DNA of 64,000 nucleotides from Mytilus trossulus (taxonomy: Eukaryota). This document shows positions 35,659 to 47,608 of this stretch, piece after piece. Numbering within the stretch: position 1 is the stretch's first letter; the number at the start of each line of letters is the position of its first letter. The stretch spans positions 50,325,378 through 50,389,377 of the forward strand of contig NC_086382.1 in assembly GCF_036588685.1 (NCBI RefSeq), read 5' to 3'. The notes beneath the pieces were generated by a model. The model searched no databases. It was not told the origin of the DNA and saw only the letters and a program-made list of their open reading frames with translations. A program made the position numbers and the translations under genes.

Positions 35659-36665
35659 GGGCCCCGACTAAAAGTCGGGGCGCCCTATAGTGATCAGTCT
35701 GTCCGTCTGTCGTACCGTCCGTCCATCCGTCCGTCCGTCCGTAACACTTTAACTTTGTGTCCGCTCCATATCTAGAAAACCATTATGATTTCATACTTTA
35801 TACTTTACATGTTTATTAACCACCACCAGAGGGCGTGTCATGATGTATGTACAACTTTCTAGGTCAAAGGTCAAGGTAAAAAAAACTTTGGTTTCAGTTG
35901 ACAACCCTGTGTCCTGTGGTGATGATCGTGTCCGCTCTATATCTTGAGAACCCTTATGATTTCAAAGTTTATACTTGACATCCATTTTAACCTACACCAG
36001 AGGGTGTGTCATGATGTATGTACAACTTCCTAGGTCAAAGGTCAAGGTCAAAAACTTTGGTTTCAGTTGACAACCCGTGTCCTGTGATGAAGATCGTGTC
36101 CGCTACATATCTAGATAACTGTTCTGATTTTATACTTAATACTTAACATGTTTATTAACCAACACCAGAGGGGGTGTCATGATGTATGTACAGCTGCCTA
36201 GGTCAAAGGTCAAGGTCAAAAACTTTGGTTTCAGTTGACAACCCTGTGTCCTGTGGTAAAGATCGTGTCCGCTCCATTTCTGGATAACCTTTATGATTTC
36301 AAAGTTTATACTTGACATCCATTTTAACCACCATCAGAGAGCGTGTCATGATGTATGTACAACTTCCTAGGTCAAAGGTCAAGGTGAAAAAAACTTTGGT
36401 TTTAGTTGACAACCCTGTGTCCTGAGTTGAAGATTGTGTCCGCTCTATATCTTGGGAACCGTTTTGATTTCAAATATTATACTTGACATCCATTTTAACC
36501 AACACCAGAGGGTGTGTCATGATGTATGTACAATTTCCTAGGTCAAAGGTCTGTCTGTCTGTTGGTCTGTCCATCGCTTACAATTTTGATTCACACTATA
36601 TTTATTTACCCAACGTTATTGACAGCGGGGCCCACAGAGATGGCTTCCATCTCAATGATATCTAG
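35659..36665 (+). mobile_element. Hairpin element family G. It has a 5' palindrome gggccccgactaaaagtcggggcgcc, a (CCGT)n microsatellite, five copies of a ~170-bp tandem unit, a (GTCT)n tract, and a 3' hairpin gatggcttccatc + tcaatgatatCTAG + TT
   Basis: The internal unit gtgtccgctc.atatct.ga.aac..ttatgatttca...ccagaggg.gtgtcatgatgtatgtacaa...aggtcaaggt is repeated at ~35760, 35930, 36100, 36270 and 36440. Confidence 0.55.
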
Positions 36666-36834
36666 TTATTTCTGTGACTGAATCTTACATTCATTTGTAG
36701 GATCCTTTACTATAGATAATTTAGCTGATCTGTAAAAATAACATCTTCATGCCTTATATATCATGTACTGTAGTACAAAGCTAGATTAAAACTGGCGTGG
36801 AAAGGGAACACCCGGCCACCAAAAGCTTCATTTT

Positions 36835-38098
36835 TAGCTCACCTGACCTGAAAGGTCAAGTGAGCTTTTCTCATCACTTGGCGTCCGTCGTCCGTCGTCC
36901 CGCGTCCGTCGTCCGTCGTCCGTAAACTTTTACAAAAATCTTCTTCTCTGAAACTACTGGGCCAAATTTAACCAAACTTGGCCACAATCATCCTTGGGGT
37001 ATCTAGTTTAAAAAATGTGTCCGGTGACCTGGTCATCTAACCAAGATGGCCGCCATGGCTAAAAATAGAACATAGGGGTAAAATACAGTTTTTGGCTTAG
37101 AACTCAAAAACCAAAGCATTTAGAGCAATTTGTCAAAGGGTAAAATTGTTGTTCAGGTCAAGATCTATCTGCCCTGAAATTTTCAGATGAATATGACAAC
37201 TTGTTGTTGGGTTGCTGCCCTGAATTGGTTATTTTAAGGAAATTTTGCAATTTTTGGTTATTATCTTGAATACTATTATAGATAGAGATAAACTGTGAAC
37301 AGCAATAATGTTCAGCAAAGAAAGACCTACAAATAAGTCATCATGACCGAAATTGTCAGTCAACCCCTTAAGGAGTTATTGCCCTTTATAGTCAATTTTT
37401 AACCACTTTTCGTCATTTTTTGTAACTTGTACAAAAATCTTCTCCTCTGAAACTACTGGGCCAAATTAAACCAAACTTGGTTACAATCATCCTTGGGGTA
37501 TCTAGTTTTAAAAATGTGTCCGATGACCCCGCCTACCAAACAAAATGGCTGACATGGCTAAAATTAGAACATGGTGGTAAAATGCAGTTTTTTATTTATA
37601 TATTTGAAACTAAGACATTTAGGGTAAATCTTACAAGATGTAAATGTCCATCAGAAAAAGATCTATTCCCTCACAAATTTTCAGATGAATCTGACAACTC
37701 GTTGTTGGGTTGCTGCCCTAAAATTGGTACTTTTAAGGAAATTTTGCAGTTTTTTGCTATTATCTTGAATACTATTATAAATAGAGATAAACTGTAAACA
37801 GCAATAATGTTCAGCAAAATAAGATCTACAAATAAGTCAGCATGATCAAAATTGTTAGAGGACCCCTTAAGGAGTTATTGCCCTTTATAGTCAATATTGA
37901 ACAACTTTTCGTCATTTTTGTAACTTGTACAAAAATTTCTTTTCTAAAACTATGGGCCATTTTTAACCAAACTTGGCCACAATCATAACTAGGGTATCTA
38001 TTAAAAAAGTGTCTAATGACCCAACCTACCAACCAAGATGACCGACATCAGTAAATACAGTAACAGGTGAGCGACACAGGCTCTTGAGAGCCTCTAGT
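36835..38098 (+). mobile_element. Family-2 Helentron-like element copy, inserted into a duplicated X-segment/SINE unit
   Basis: 5' agctcacctgacctgaaaggtcaagtgagc and 3' ggtgagcgacacaggctcttgagagcctctag+tt. 36735-36835 recurs at 38262-38360 without the insertion. Confidence 0.6.
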
Positions 38099-38104
38099 TA
38101 TGAA

Positions 38105-38260
38105 GCCCAGGTGGTCGTGTGGTCTAGCGTGCTGGTTACAGTGCAAGTGATTTGGTGTCACAATTTCTCAGTAGCATGGGTTCAAATCCCAGAAAGGGAA
38201 GAACAAAATATTTGCGAAAGCAAATTTACAGATCTAACATTGTTGGGTTGATGTCTGGGT
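38105..38260 (+). mobile_element. tRNA-derived SINE, copy 2
   Basis: cccaggtggtcgtgtggtctagcgtgctggttacagtgcaagtgatttggtgtcacaatttctcagtagcatgggttcaaatccc. Confidence 0.65.
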
Positions 38261-38361
38261 TATATCATCTTCATGCCTTATATATCATGTACTGTAGTAC
38301 GCTGCTAGATTAAAACTGACGTGGAAAGGTAACATATGGCCACCGAAAGCTCTTTTTTTGA

Positions 38362-38550
38362 GAGCCCAGGTGGTCGTGTGGTCTAGTGGGACGGCTGCAG
38401 TGCAGGCGATTTGGTGTCACGATATCACAGTAGCATGGGTTCGAATCCCGGCGAGGGAAGAACCAAAAATTTGCGAAAGCAAATTTACAGATCTAACATT
38501 GTTGGGTTGATGTTTAGACGAGTTGTATATATATATATATATATATATGA
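38362..38550 (+). mobile_element. tRNA-derived SINE, copy 3, with a (TA)n tail
   Basis: Near-identical to copy 1, including the tail and TA microsatellite. Confidence 0.7.
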
Positions 38551-39172
38551 ATAGGGATGGAACCAACATCCTTTTGAGCTCAAAGCAAGCAGGATAATGT
38601 GATGTAACTGATGAAAATCACTAATATCAGAGAGAAGATATGAAAGAGACATTCAAAACTAATTAGTTGAAGAAAAAGAAGCACCACATGCAAAAGTTCT
38701 TATAACATAGAAAAAGAGATTGAATGTCCTCATATATACACATGGAAAAAAGTATTGCAACACCTTGGTTTTTTAAAACTTGAAAAATCAGCCTCTTATT
38801 TTGGATGGAAGATGATAAAATATTTGTAAAATAATATTGAAACGTAGTTAATGATAACATAGGCATTAAAACGAACAAAAAATGTATGCAAAAAAGATGT
38901 TTTATCTTATCAACATTTTTATAACAAAGTGTTCTTTTTTACGAAAAAAAAGCATCTTACAAACTTTTAATGTAGTCAAACTTTACAATGTCAGACATTC
39001 CAAAATAATCTTTAGATGATTGTTCACACCATGGTTGATCGTTATATGCCAAAGAATTACAAATGTAGTACTTTCAAATGGATAACCACATCTTAACGTC
39101 TTCTGATTCCTGCCATAAGTCAACTTATTTGTTGCTAAGGTAGTAGCAATCATACCTGACGAAGGGTATTGT

Positions 39173-39493
39173 TTATTTCATGACGTGTTTGAACTGGGGT
39201 GTCCTTTCATGCACTTTACGCCCAATAGTATCCCATATATGCATGCTATGGTTCAAATTCGGGCTACGATCGGGCCAAGGAAGATTAACAGAATTCCATT
39301 GGATCAATGGATCTTCCTCCATGATACTAATTTCCAACTTTGGCCAGCTCTGCACTATATTGGATACAGGCAACTGTGTGTCTGATCAAAGGCAAAGGTC
39401 CCCTAAATGGTCTTATCGCATGATAACTAGTAGCAATGAGCCGATCTCGAACAGTTCTTGTTTAAAGGCTCCTGTATGGTCATCACTCTCTTT
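39173..39493 (-). pseudogene. Tc1/mariner-type transposase relic (C-terminal part: ...LPWPDRSPNLNHSMHIWDTIGRKVHERTPQ), frameshifted and truncated by a Helentron insertion
   Basis: The - strand ORF at 39173-39373 matches the Tc1 C-terminal motif [22 protein letters not shown]. Upstream frames are broken, and the 5' end of a family-1 element abuts at 39494. Confidence 0.6.
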
Positions 39494-42112
39494 TTATACG
39501 ACCGCAAAATTTGAAAAAATTTTCGTCGTATATTGCTATCACGTTGGCGTCGTCGTCGTAGTCATTGTCCGAATACTTTTAGTTTTCGCACTCTAACTTT
39601 AGTAAAAGTGAATAGAAATCTATGAAATTATAACACAAGGTTTATGACCACAAAAGGAAGGATGGGATTGATTTTGGGAGTTTTGGTCCCAATATTTTAG
39701 GAATAAGGGGCCAAAATGGGCCCAAATAAGCATTTTCTTGGTTTTCGCACTATAACTTTAGTTTAAGCATGGAAGTATTATATTGACAGGAACTCCAATG
39801 AAAAATTAGCACATTCCCCTCCCACTGATTTCTTTAAGAAAATAAAAGGTTCCGACTCAGTTTGTCAAGTACGTGATAACTCCTTTGTGGGGTATCTGCG
39901 ATGCCGACTTCGCCTGTTCTTTTAACTGAATCTAGTCTCATCACGTGATTTGATATCGATGGTCTTATCTACCTACCAATGTAAATATACACGGAAACTC
40001 CCGTGGTTATTTGTGAATCGCCACATGGATAACAACACCTGTGTCCGTTCAATAGATAAAGAACAAAGCTGAAAAGATCGAAAAAATCGGTCCACATTTA
40101 ACAAAATAACATAAGAAAATCAACTGCATTCGGAAAGAGGGCAAGCTTATTTTTAGTTTTGTTGAGTATGTTTAAATCCCTGGAACTTGGAAATCGGGAA
40201 GTATCTGATTATGAAAATTACATGATTCTGAAGTAGAGTGTTTGCAGAAAATAATGGAATGCTCATGTAGTGTGCCAGATATTGCCAGATAACTCAAATT
40301 TTAAGTTAAAGATTGAAAACTTTTATCTAGTGTATCACAAATATTTATGGTTTTCTCTATCGTAAAATATCGTAAAATGTTTTTAACTTATTTATCAAAT
40401 ATGTTTTAAAGACTAAAAGAGGTTAATAATTATGTGATGACCTCTACATAGCAATATCAGGTTACAAGACATGCAGATGAATTGTTACACCTTTTATGGT
40501 AATTCCAAAACCCTAAACATTCAACCTAGTCCGAGATTACTTTGACGTCTGACAGATTTATTTTTACAGATAACTTTAATATATCTGAATACATTTAAAG
40601 AGATCACTATGATGGGCCCTAAGCAGTTTAATTTTTTTTCTATCATGGAAACCAAATTAGAATTTATTTATGTGTTTAAAAGCTTAACCGTTCTCAGTGG
40701 CGGATCCAGAAATTTTCATAAGTGGGGGCCCACTGACTGACCTAAGAGGGGGCCCACTCCAGTCACACTTCAATGATTCCCTATAAGCAACCAAATTTTT
40801 TCCCCAAAAGGGGGGGCCTGGCCCCCCCCCCCCCCCCCCCCCCCCTAAATCTGCCTCTGGTTCTGAAACATCTTACACCGTATGCTAATCAATTTATGTT
40901 TCTGTTTCTTGTTTAATTGCATGAAATATTTGCCATTGGACTTTCAGTAAACAATATATCAAAATATTTGATATTTTTTCGGATCAGAGCTCTTTAATCC
41001 TGTACCCCCACCCGGCCAACTTTTACTTTTGTTGGAAATTCTTTCATTAAAATATTTGTCAAAGTTAGCAGTAAAACGCGATAATAATTACTGATAAAAA
41101 CTTTTCTGTTCACTTTACATGAGAATTTTATGATTATAACAGTTACACGTGTTTAGCCAACGGCCTTCTCGTGAATAAAAATCTTACTTTTTTAAAATTG
41201 ATTTCAACTTAAACTGAAATCTTTTTACTCTTCAGTTACTCTTCAGTTTTTTAGTTTTTCTTTTTTTTAATTTGGTGAAAACAGTCGCGGGGATTTCATT
41301 TGATTTCTTTTTATTTGTTTTTAAGCAGCAATACCCGTAAAAACTGACATATTTGTCATTCACATGGTCGATAAATGTCATTTCCTTGACAATTAAGTAC
41401 ACATCCGGGTATTTCGGTATGTTCCGTAATTACGATCATTCACGAGGTTCCAAAAATTTGATCGGAACCCATGCATCCATTGACATGTTGAGTTAATTAA
41501 CAGATACTTAACGATTTTGCGGCATCACACTATAAACGTTTGAAGTCCGCTTGTTGGAGTTCCTGTCAATATAATACTTCCATGGTTTAAGTGAATAGAA
41601 ATCTATGAAATTCTAACACAAGGTTTATGACCACAAAAGGAAGGTTGGGATTGATTTTGGGAGTTTTTGTTCTAACTGTTTAGGAATAAAGGGCCAAAAA
41701 AGGGCCCAAATAAGCATTATTCTTGGTTTTTGCACAATAACTTTAGTAAAAGTGAATAGAAATCAATGAAATTTAAACACAAGGTTTATGAACACAAAAG
41801 GAAGGTTGGGATTGATTTTGGGAGTTTTGGTCCCAACAGTTTGGGAACAAGGGACCCAAAGGGTCCAAAACTAAACTTTGTTTGATTTCATCAAAAATTG
41901 AATAATTGGGGTTCTTTGATATGCCGAATCTAACTGTGTATGTAGATTTTTAATTTTTGGTCCCGTTTTCAAATTGGTCTACATTAAGGTCCAAAGGGTC
42001 CAAAATTAAACTTAGTTTGATTTTAACAAAAATTGAATCTTTGGGGTTCTTTGATATGCTGAATCTAAAAATGTACTTAGATTTTTTATTATTGGCCCAG
42101 TTTTCAAGATTT
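39494..42112 (+). mobile_element. Family-1 Helentron-like copy lacking the 3' end, with a TIR transposon nested at 39768-41584
   Basis: The 5' end ttatacgaccgcaaaatttg lies at 39494. The satellite-1 unit is interrupted at gtttaag and resumes at 41585. The copy ends where the next 5' terminus (42113) starts. Confidence 0.55.
39768..41584. mobile_element. Non-autonomous DNA transposon (1.8 kb) with perfect 31-bp TIRs CATGGAAGTATTATATTGACAGGAACTCCAA and a 7-bp TSD GTTTAAG. The TIR length and TSD size are P-element-like, but the superfamily is unassigned
   Basis: The TIRs at 39768-39798 and 41554-41584 are exact reverse complements. The duplicated gtttaag matches the uninterrupted satellite unit elsewhere (…ctttagtttaagttaatag…). 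No ORF lies inside. The poly(C) repeat 40690-40870 is carried internally. Confidence 0.7.
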
Positions 42113-44913
42113 TTATACGACCGCAAAATTTGAAAAAAATTTCGTCGTATATTGCTATCACGTTGGGGTCGTCGTCTGCGTCATCGTCGTCGTCAGCGTC
42201 TGAATACTTTTAGTTTTCGCACTCTAACTTAAGTAAAAGTGAATAGAAATCTATGAAATTTTAAAACAAGGTTTATGACCACAAAAGAAAGGTTGGGATT
42301 GATTTTGGGAGGTTTGGTCCCAACATTTTAGGAATTGGGGGCCAAAAAGGGCCCAAATTAGCATTTTCTTGGTTTTCGCACTATAACTGTAGTTTTAGTT
42401 AATAGAAATCTATGAAATTTTGACACAAGGTTTATGACGACAAATGAAAGGTTGGGATTGATTTTGGGAATTTTGGTTTCAACAATTAAGGAATTAGGGG
42501 CCAAAAAAGGGCCCAAATAAGCATTATTCTTGGTTTTCGCACAATAACTTTAGTTTAAGTAAATAGAAATCAATGAAATTTAAACACAATGTTTATGACC
42601 ACAAAAACAAATATCTAATTACACAATATTGTGAAATAGCAAGGTTTTTTTTAATTAGAGTTATCTTTCTTTGTCCAGAATAGTAAGCAAGAAATATCTA
42701 ATTGCACAATATTGTGCAATTGCAAGAATTTTTTTTAATTGGAGTTATCTTTCTTTGTCCAGAATCAACTTAAATCTTTGTTATATACAATATACAATGT
42801 ATATTCACTTTTTACTACCAACTGATAAATTAAAATAATCTTTACCATTCAGTGATCACAAGCAGTTTTTAGCTCACCTGGCCCGAAGGGCCAAGTGAGC
42901 TTTTCTCATCACTTGGCGTCCGGCGTCGTCGTCCGTCGTCGTCGTCCGGCGTTAACTTTTACAAAAATCTTCTCCTCTGAAACTACTAGGCCAAATTTAA
43001 CCAAACTTGGCCACAATCATCATTGGGGTATCTAGTTTAAAAATTGTGTCCGGTGACCCCGCCAACTAACCAAGATGGCCGCCATGGCTATAAATAGAAC
43101 ATAGGGGTAAAATGCAGTTTTTGGCTTATAACTCAAAAACCAAAGCATTTAGGGCAAATCTGACATGGGGTAATATTGTTAATCAAGTTAAGATCTATCT
43201 GCCCTGAAATTTTCAGATGAATCTGACATTCCGTTGTTAGGTTGCTGCCCCTGAATTGGTAATTTTAAGGAAATTTTGTTGTTTTTGGTTATTATCTTGA
43301 ATATTATTTCAGATAGAGATAAACTGTAAAAGGCAATAATGTTCAGCAAAGTAAGATCTACAAATAAGTCAACATGACCAAAATGATCAGTTGACCACTT
43401 TAGGAGTTATTGCCCTTTATAGTCAATTTTTAACCATTTTTCATAAATCTTAGTAATCTTTTAGAAAAATCTTCTCCTCTGAAACTGCTGGGCCAAATTA
43501 TTTGAAACTTGGCCACAATCATCATTGGGGTATCTAGTTTAAAAATTGTGTCCGGTGACCCCGCCAACTAACCAAAATGACCGCCATGGCTATAAATAGA
43601 ACATAGGGGTAAAATGCAGTTTTTGGCTTATAACTCAAAAACCAAAGCATTTAGAGCAAATCTGACACGAGTAAAATTGTTAATCAGGTGAAGATCTATC
43701 TGCCCTGAAATTTTCAGATGAATTGGACAACCTGTGTTTGGGTTGCAGCCCCTGAATTGGTAATTTTAAGGAAATTTTGCTGTTTTTGGTTATTATATTG
43801 AATATTATTATAGATATAGGTAAACTGTAAACAGCAATAATGTTCAGCAAGGTCAGATTTACAAATAAGTCAACATGACCAAAATGGTCAGTTGACCTCT
43901 TTAGGAGTAATTGCCCTTTAAAGTCAATTTTAACCATTTTTCGTAAATTTTATATATCTTTTACTAAAATCTTCTTCTCTGAAACTGCTGTGCCAAATTG
44001 ATCCAAACTTGGCCACAATCATCTTTGGGGTTTCTTGTTTAAAAAATGTGTCCGGTGACCTGGCCATCAAACCAAGATGGTCGCCACGTCTAAAAATAGA
44101 ACATAGGGGTAAAATGCAGTTTTTGGCTTATAACTCAAAAACCAAATAATTTAGAGAAAATCTGACATGTAGTAAAATTGTTAATCAGGTCAAGATCTAT
44201 CTGCCCTGAAATTTTCAGATGAATTGGACTACCTGTTTTTGGGTTGCGGCCCCTGAATTGGTAATTTTAAGGAAATTTTGCTGTTTTTGGTTATTATATT
44301 GAATATTATTAAAGATATAGGTAAACTGTAAACAGCAATAATGTTCAGGAAAGTAAGATCTACAAATAAGTCAACATGAACGAAATGGTCAATTGACCCC
44401 TGTAGGAGTTATTGACCTTTGTAGTCAATTTTCAATCTGCTTCCTTTGTTTAATATTCACATAGACCAAGGTGAGCGACACAGGCTCTTTAGAGCCTCTA
44501 GTTTTACATCTTAATATTTTATGATGTATTTAAATGAGTAGTTATTGTTGCAAACTCCATTAGAAATTTTAATTGAGATTAGTTTTGGAATAAGGGAAAG
44601 GGGGATGTGATTAAAAAAATTGGGTTCAATTTTCTCATTTGAAATTTCATAAATAAAAAGAAAATTTCTTCAAACATTTTTTTGAGAGGATTAATATTCA
44701 ACAGCATAGTGAATTGCTGTAAGAGAAAACCAAAATTTTAAGTTCATTAGAACACATTCATTCTGTGTCAGAAACCTATGCTGTGTCAACTATTTAATCA
44801 CAATCCAAATTTAGAGCTGAATCCAGCTTGAATGTTGTGTCCATACTTGCCCCAACCATTTCGGTTTCAACTTCTGCGGTCGTATAAAGCTACGCCCTGA
44901 GGAGCATCTGGTT
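42113..44913 (+). mobile_element. Family-1 Helentron-like element copy with a family-2 element nested at 42871-44501
   Basis: 5' terminus at 42113 and 3' ...ctgcggtcgtataaagctacgccctgaggagcatctgg+tt at 44913. The family-2 insert sits between cagttttt and ttttacatc, which is continuous in other copies. Confidence 0.6.
42871..44501 (+). mobile_element. Family-2 Helentron-like element (nested), with ~4 internal ~370-bp units
   Basis: 5' hairpin agctcacctggcccgaagggccaagtgagc and 3' ggtgagcgacacaggctctttagagcctctag+tt. Confidence 0.65.
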
Positions 44914-46152
44914 TATTATTGGCCCAGTTTTCAAGTTGGTCCAAATCAGGGTCCAAAATTTAACTTTGTTTGATTTCATCAAAAATTGAATAATTGGGGT
45001 TCTTTGATATGCGAAATCCAACTGTGTTAGTAGATTCTTAATTTTTGGTCCCGTTTTCAAATTGGTCTTCATTAAGGTCCAAAGGGTCCAAATTTAAACT
45101 AAGTTTGATTTTAACAAAAATTAAATTCTTGGGCTTCTTTGATATGCTGAATCTAAACATTACTTAGATTTTTGATTATGGCAAAGTTTTCAAGTTGGTC
45201 CAAATCAGGATTGAAAATTATTATATTAAGTATTGTGCAATAGCAAGAAATTTTCAATTGCACAGTATTCAGCAATAGCAAGAAATCTTCAATTGTACAG
45301 TATTGTGCAATAGCAAGAAATTTTCAATTGCACAGTATTGTTCAATAGCAAGAAATCTTCAATTGACAGTATTGGGCAATAGGAAGAAATATCTAATTTC
45401 ACAATATTGTGCAATAGCAATCAATTTTCAATTGAAGTTATCTTTCTTTGTCCAGAATAAATATTTGTGCAATAGCAAGATATTTTCAATTGACAGTATT
45501 GCGCAATAGCAAGAAATATATAATTTCACAATATTATGCAATAGCAATCAATTTTCAATTGGAGTTATCTTTCTTTGTCCAGAATAGATATTTGTGCAAA
45601 AGCAAGATATTTTCAATATTCTTTGTAAATCTTAGTTATCTTTCTTTGTCCAGAATAGTAGTTGAATCAACTCAAATCATTGTTTTATACAATAATCAAT
45701 GTATTTTCACCATTACTACCAACTGATAAATTAAAACAATCTTTACCATTCAGTGATAACAAGCACTTTTTTTTTACATTTTTATATTTTATGATGTATT
45801 TAAATGAGCAGTTATTGTTGCAAACTCCATTAGAAATTTGAATTGAGATCAGTTTTGGAATAAGGGAAAGTTTTTCTCATTTCAGATTTCATAAATAAAT
45901 ATAAAATTTCTTCAAATATTTTTTTGAGAGGATTTTTATTCAACAGCATAGTGAATTGCTCAAAGGCAAATTATTTTTTTAAGTTCATTAGACCACATTC
46001 ATTCTGTGTCAGAAACCTATGCTGTGTCAACTATTTAATCACAATCAAAATTTAGAGCTGAATCCAGCTTGAATGTTGTGTCCATACTTTCCTCAACCGT
46101 TCAGAGTTCAACTTCTGCGGTCATATAAAGCTGCGCCCTGCGAAGCATCTGG
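44914..46152 (+). mobile_element. 5'-truncated family-1 element copy (satellite-2 units, a 60-bp tattgtgcaatagcaag repeat block, and the 3' terminus)
   Basis: It starts inside satellite 2 directly after the previous 3' end and finishes with ...gcgaagcatctgg+tt at 46152. Confidence 0.5.
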
Positions 46153-47569
46153 TTAAGATTGTATTGTTTGCAATTGGTTTCCTTCTGACCAACCTTCATT
46201 ATGCTTAATTTTCCTAAGCAGATGTTATAGGGGGTCTTCTTGATCTCGGAAGGTCTTTAACATCATTTGTTGCCTGATTTTTTTCTCAAAACGACTTATA
46301 GTGGAATGGTGATGACCTGAACAATATATGCAATTGTAACAGCCACATACCTGCTTCTCTCATGCTGATTATCTGCAATCTTGCTGCAGTTATGAGTTGT
46401 GGATGACCAATAACAAGGTGTCAATCACATAACTTTATAAATTTGGTTATTTAAAGTGTTGAAAACAATGAGGATAAAAACATCTGTTTTATTGTTTAGG
46501 AGAACAGAAGCTGCATGTGCAGATAAGAACTTATCGAGTCGATATTTATTGATTAATTTAAGGTGATATTTAAATAATGTTTAACTAGTTCTATATCTAC
46601 AAATTGTATCATAAAAAAATAAAGAGTGGTTTTTTAATTTGAATTTCAATTTGGTGTTGCAATACTTTTTTCCATGTGTATAGATTGGATCTAATGTGAA
46701 AGATTTTTATGACCATAAGTTGAACCTACAATCAAAGGTCTTATGAATTTCTATAATGGATGATCATGACAAAATTGTTCATAGAAATAAGAAGATGTGG
46801 TATGAGAGCCAATGAGACAACTCTCCAATCATGTCACAATTTATAAAAGTATACCATTATAGATTTAAGAACTGTCCAACACAGAGCCTTGGCTCAAACC
46901 AAAGTGCAAGCTATAGAGGGCCTCAAAAATAACTAATGTAAAACCATTCAAAAGGGAAATCCAAGGGTGGAATCTATATAAAAATGAGAAACACTTATGA
47001 ACCATATCAACATATGACAACTACTGAACATCAGATTACTGACTTAGGATGTGCAAACAATTACAATGGGTTTAAACTTTTAATAGGTACCAACCTTCAC
47101 CCTTACATGAAACAATAGTGTAACATCACAACATAGAAAGACACACTTTACAATATCATTTGAAATGGCTTAACTCAATTAAAAGACATTTTAAACAAGT
47201 GAACTTTCACTGAACGAATAAATTTGATTTATGATACAATGAAACTACAAAATCAATAAAATAAGAGGTAAATAATTAAAGTAACAGTAATTTACTGCTG
47301 TGAAATGTTGAACAATTTCAGAAAAACAACAATAACCTTAAACAAAAATCCGATATTTACAATAATATACACAGGTAAATAAAAATAGATTTGTTGCAAG
47401 ATATACAGATCAAATGGAAATTTTTTTTACAAAATAATTAATTTTGATGTTTATAGTACATATAAGTGAAAATAAAGCCTTAAAATATGAATAAAATTCA
47501 AAATAGTGTGTTTTTCCTCTTGTTTCAGTGCAATATAAGATAATAAAAAAAATTATTTTATTTTCCTAG

Positions 47570-47608
47570 AGTAAAAAGAAAAAGATGAAGAAAAAGGCTG
47601 TCTTGGAT
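47570..47608 (+). CDS. Putative first coding exon of an unknown gene (possible start ATG at 47585: MKKKAVLD)
   Basis: Acceptor-like ttttcctag and a perfect donor gat|gtaagt, phase 0. Confidence 0.25.

Noticed and set aside
39180-39596. 138-aa + strand ORF
   Set aside because: It overlaps the minus-strand Tc1 transposase relic and runs into the Helentron 5' terminus. It is antisense noise.
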